Shown here: positions 37,359 to 41,054 of the stretch, in pieces | How positions within the stretch are numbered: position 1 is the stretch's first letter | Layout: each line of letters begins with the position of its first letter | From: Octopus bimaculoides | Taxonomy: Eukaryota | Reading direction: 5' to 3' | Length of the DNA stretch: 41,054 bases | Assembly (NCBI RefSeq): GCF_001194135.2 | Contig: NC_069000.1 | Span: 16,779,140 to 16,820,193, forward strand | Made by a program: the position numbers and the translations under genes | Notes under the pieces: generated by a model | What the model was told of the DNA's origin: nothing | What the model saw: only the letters and a program-made list of their open reading frames with translations | The model's database searches: none

Positions 37359-38459
37359 AACAATAAACAAGATGAGGACAAATATCCGTCGAATATAAAT
37401 AATGTAAATAATGTGCAATTATATACTATGTAACGTATTCTAAAAGAGTTAGTATATTCTTGGCGAAACGTATATTTCCATAATTAAAACTAAAAGGATC
37501 TGAGAGAAACTAACTGAAATGGGCTGGTAGTGGGAATTTAGAATACAAAATGGAACGAGTGTACTAAATGGTGTACGCAAAAAGTTCTTAATTTATAAAT
37601 ATTTCCCTTGCAGAAAGAGAAGAAAAAATAACAATTTCAAGAGAGTAAGAATAAGAATAATTAACAGAAAAGACAAATCTGGTCTTCTTTTCGCAGACAA
37701 TGGACATCTATCGACACTGTGTTGCGGCAGTGACACTCCGAAATGTTCATTAACGTATATTACGTAATTTTTAACCGAGAATCAGTTACATGCAATTTGG
37801 TCAGAAACTTACAGTAACAATTGTGACGAATACTGAAGTTGTGTTAATTTCAATTTTCGTCTCTTTGTGTATGAGTGCGCGCGCGCGTGTGTGTGTACGT
37901 ATGTATGTATGCGTGTGTGAGATTATGCATGTGTATGTGTATATATGTAGTTTCCATCTCCCAAATTTCACTGACAAGATTGTGGTCCAAACCATGGCTT
38001 TAGCAGACGTTTGGTGAGTTGCCACGAACAAAACAATAATATTATATGTTATTGCAAAATAGCCTATTTGGATATCTCAGCTCAAATGGAAGTCGAACCA
38101 GCACTCGGCTTTTGAGATCTTTCATTCGAGGTAGTTTTGAAAGGTACTTTCGGGATTCTGTTCGATATGTTAATAATTGAATACAGACATCTTCTATCCA
38201 ATTCGTGTCTCTTGGCATTCGGAATAGAGAAATAACGCGTATATTTACGAAGGTATTGATGCTCAATGAAAGATATCTTTTGTATTGTCGATGGTAATAT
38301 AGTTGCATGTATGTTTATATGTGTGTGTGTGTGTGTGTATGTTAGCATTTAAATGCATATTCGGGGTGTAAAAAGATATTCACGTTCTTGCAGTTGAAGT
38401 AACTTTCGAACAGTCAATCATTATGAAATATTATTTAATAATAGAGCGGCAAAAAAAAA

Positions 38460-38667
38460 GCGATGATCCTGCAGAATCGTTATCGCGTCAGATAAAAATG
38501 CTTAGCGGCATTTCGTCCGTTTGATTTCAAATGCTGTTGGGGTCTACTCTGTTTTTCATCCTTTCGGGATCGAAAAAAATAAGCACCAGTTGAGTACAAG
38601 GGTCGATGTAATCGACTAGCCACTACTCGCGAAGTTTCTGGCCTTGTGTCAAAATTTGAAGCTGATA
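38460..38667 (+). mobile_element. SINE family B, decayed
   Basis: Homology to 32977; flanking tagagcggcaaaaa / tagaacggcaaaaa as a probable TSD. Confidence 0.75.
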
Positions 38668-39150
38668 TTAGAACGGCAAAAATATAATCCAATTGAAAAG
38701 TATGGAAGAGGTTTAAAAAAATCTGAAAAATTTGAATGAAATGCCTACAATGATTATCTGAACTGTCGGTTTGGGCAATACTCTGATCGGAGAGGATAAA
38801 GAATCTTAGGTATATTTAGTAAAATTCCCGCTATCGGTCCCCGCTTGGAAACATGAATATACTACTTTTCGTGCTAAATACTAATGGACTGCTATGTCAC
38901 GTGTGCAGTGAGCGTATCATGTAGCTTGAACGAAGAAAATCTTGCATTGGCCATTTTTAGTAGAATTCTTTAAGGACTGAATACCTCGGGAGTACATCAA
39001 CTTAAATTCGAAGAAAAAAATCTAATTAAGGATATCTAAATATAGGAATTTAATCACGTATCAGTGGCACGAATATGTTTTTGTGTGTGTATGGACACAT
39101 ACGTCTGTGTTATATATAGAAATGCAATACATTTGTGCGGGAATGCTCGC

Positions 39151-39189
<39 letters not shown>

Positions 39190-39444
39190 ATATACAGGGA
39201 TTAGCATTGAGCTGCTTCTCCAACATACTGAAAATTTAGAAATAGCAGTCAAAGAACTACTGATTCTAAACTACAAATTTTTCTCTAAATGGATGGCGAT
39301 ATTTATGGCACACATAGAACAAAAAACCGGAGGGAAAAGCGTAAACAAAACAAGTCTTTAGTTAATTGGATACGAATCGTTTCATGGTTAAGCGAATGAA
39401 AATTTGACTATTCCAATCTTCAGCCCAAATATTCTGATAAATTT

Positions 39445-40351
39445 NNNNNNNNNNNNNNNNNNNNNNNNNNNNNNNNNNNNNNNNNNNNNNNNNNNNNNNN
39501 NNNNNNNNNNNNNNNNNNNNNNNNNNNNNNNNNNNNNNNNNNNNNNNNNNNNNNNNNNNNNNNNNNNNNNNNNNNNNNNNNNNNNNNNNNNNNNNNNNNN
39601 NNNNNNNNNNNNNNNNNNNNNNNNNNNNNNNNNNNNNNNNNNNNNNNNNNNNNNNNNNNNNNNNNNNNNNNNNNNNNNNNNNNNNNNNNNNNNNNNNNNN
39701 NNNNNNNNNNNNNNNNNNNNNNNNNNNNNNNNNNNNNNNNNNNNNNNNNNNNNNNNNNNNNNNNNNNNNNNNNNNNNNNNNNNNNNNNNNNNNNNNNNNN
39801 NNNNNNNNNNNNNNNNNNNNNNNNNNNNNNNNNNNNNNNNNNNNNNNNNNNNNNNNNNNNNNNNNNNNNNNNNNNNNNNNNNNNNNNNNNNNNNNNNNNN
39901 NNNNNNNNNNNNNNNNNNNNNNNNNNNNNNNNNNNNNNNNNNNNNNNNNNNNNNNNNNNNNNNNNNNNNNNNNNNNNNNNNNNNNNNNNNNNNNNNNNNN
40001 NNNNNNNNNNNNNNNNNNNNNNNNNNNNNNNNNNNNNNNNNNNNNNNNNNNNNNNNNNNNNNNNNNNNNNNNNNNNNNNNNNNNNNNNNNNNNNNNNNNN
40101 NNNNNNNNNNNNNNNNNNNNNNNNNNNNNNNNNNNNNNNNNNNNNNNNNNNNNNNNNNNNNNNNNNNNNNNNNNNNNNNNNNNNNNNNNNNNNNNNNNNN
40201 NNNNNNNNNNNNNNNNNNNNNNNNNNNNNNNNNNNNNNNNNNNNNNNNNNNNNNNNNNNNNNNNNNNNNNNNNNNNNNNNNNNNNNNNNNNNNNNNNNNN
40301 NNNNNNNNNNNNNNNNNNNNNNNNNNNNNNNNNNNNNNNNNNNNNNNNNNN
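39445..40351. other. Largest assembly gap (others: 4719-4927, 15404-15662, 17482-17625, 20012-20116, 23492-23501, 24767-25129, 31620-31648, 32161-32375, 37171-37188)
   Basis: N runs, almost all flanked on at least one side by microsatellites. Confidence 0.98.
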
Positions 40352-40451
40352 NTATATAGTTCAAAAACACAATAACAAAAAAACAAAAAAACAACAAAGT
40401 GAGGACGTGATATGGATAGTATTATTGGACGCTCAGGAAAGGAAAGAGAGA

Positions 40452-40490
40452 GTGTATGACGTTTCGGGCGTAGCCCTTCGTCGGAAAGAT
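40452..40490 (-). ncRNA. Hammerhead-like motif with CCGACGA core and degenerate stem I
   Basis: Minus strand AUCUUU-CCGACGA-A-GGGC(UAC)GCCC-GAAACGUC-AUACAC. Stem II perfect 4 bp and GUC triplet; stem I only about 3/6 paired. Confidence 0.5.
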
Positions 40491-40502
40491 GGAAAGTTCG
40501 GA

Positions 40503-40892
40503 ATCCACTCTCGCTTGAAACACACACGTACTCACCCACACATTCGCACACACGCTCACATATTCAAGCACGCACAAAAAGTCCCATGGACATGTACATG
40601 TGGGTGTGTGCGTGTGTGCGAGTACGTGCGTATATAGACGTATGTGCGTGCATGCGAAAATGAGCGCATAGAGACGTGTTTTACCCTTATGGCTTTTTTT
40701 CCCTTTTTTTTTTGTATTTTGCCTTTAGCCGTTGTTCCTTAGGCATTGCGTATATAGATATGTGTATGAACCTTTTGTGCGAGCGTGTTGCGCGCGTTTG
40801 TGTGTGTGTGAGCGAGTATGCAGGTATATATATATATTATTTTTTTGGCGAATGTGTGAGTGAGCATGTGTGTGTTTCAAGCGAGAGTGGAT
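40503..40892. repeat. 45-bp inverted repeat pair (40503-40547 / 40848-40892)
   Basis: 42/45 identity by manual alignment; the left arm abuts the hammerhead-like motif. Confidence 0.85.
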
Positions 40893-41054
40893 GAGTATAT
40901 ATATATATAGGCGGAGTTTTATCATGGCTACCGAATAATTGTCACATATTATTTGCCGATAAATTCCTCTATTTACATAATATCGAGGTCTCTTTCTTTC
41001 TTTTGTTGTCTTACCTTTTCTATCAATATATATATATATATTTATACATATATA

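Noticed and set aside
37614-37760. Possible 31-nt micro-exon and a second acceptor at 37696
   Set aside because: It implies a 52-nt intron, all frames end in stops, and there is no homology support.

Overview
AT-rich, microsatellite-dense eukaryotic DNA with 10 assembly gaps. The SINE families look like those I recall from octopus genomes, so this is probably cephalopod (Octopus) intronic or intergenic sequence; that is an inference, not a database result. I cannot support any host protein-coding exon. The ORF track mostly reflects microsatellites, N-runs or antisense reading of decayed transposons. The window contains: at least three tRNA-derived SINE families (several with clear target-site duplications), decayed mariner, Chapaev3-like and RTE/other LINE remnants, and two hAT-type MITEs. 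The most striking signal is five type I hammerhead-ribozyme motifs from about four different small elements (2932-2980, 3281-3329, 4990-5035, 37313-37358, 40452-40490), all with very short, palindromic stem III. Two of them lie in a ~770-bp palindromic/tandem element bounded by a 14-bp direct repeat. This points to Penelope-like or retrozyme-type self-cleaving RNA elements. A pre-miRNA-sized hairpin lies at 37055-37142.
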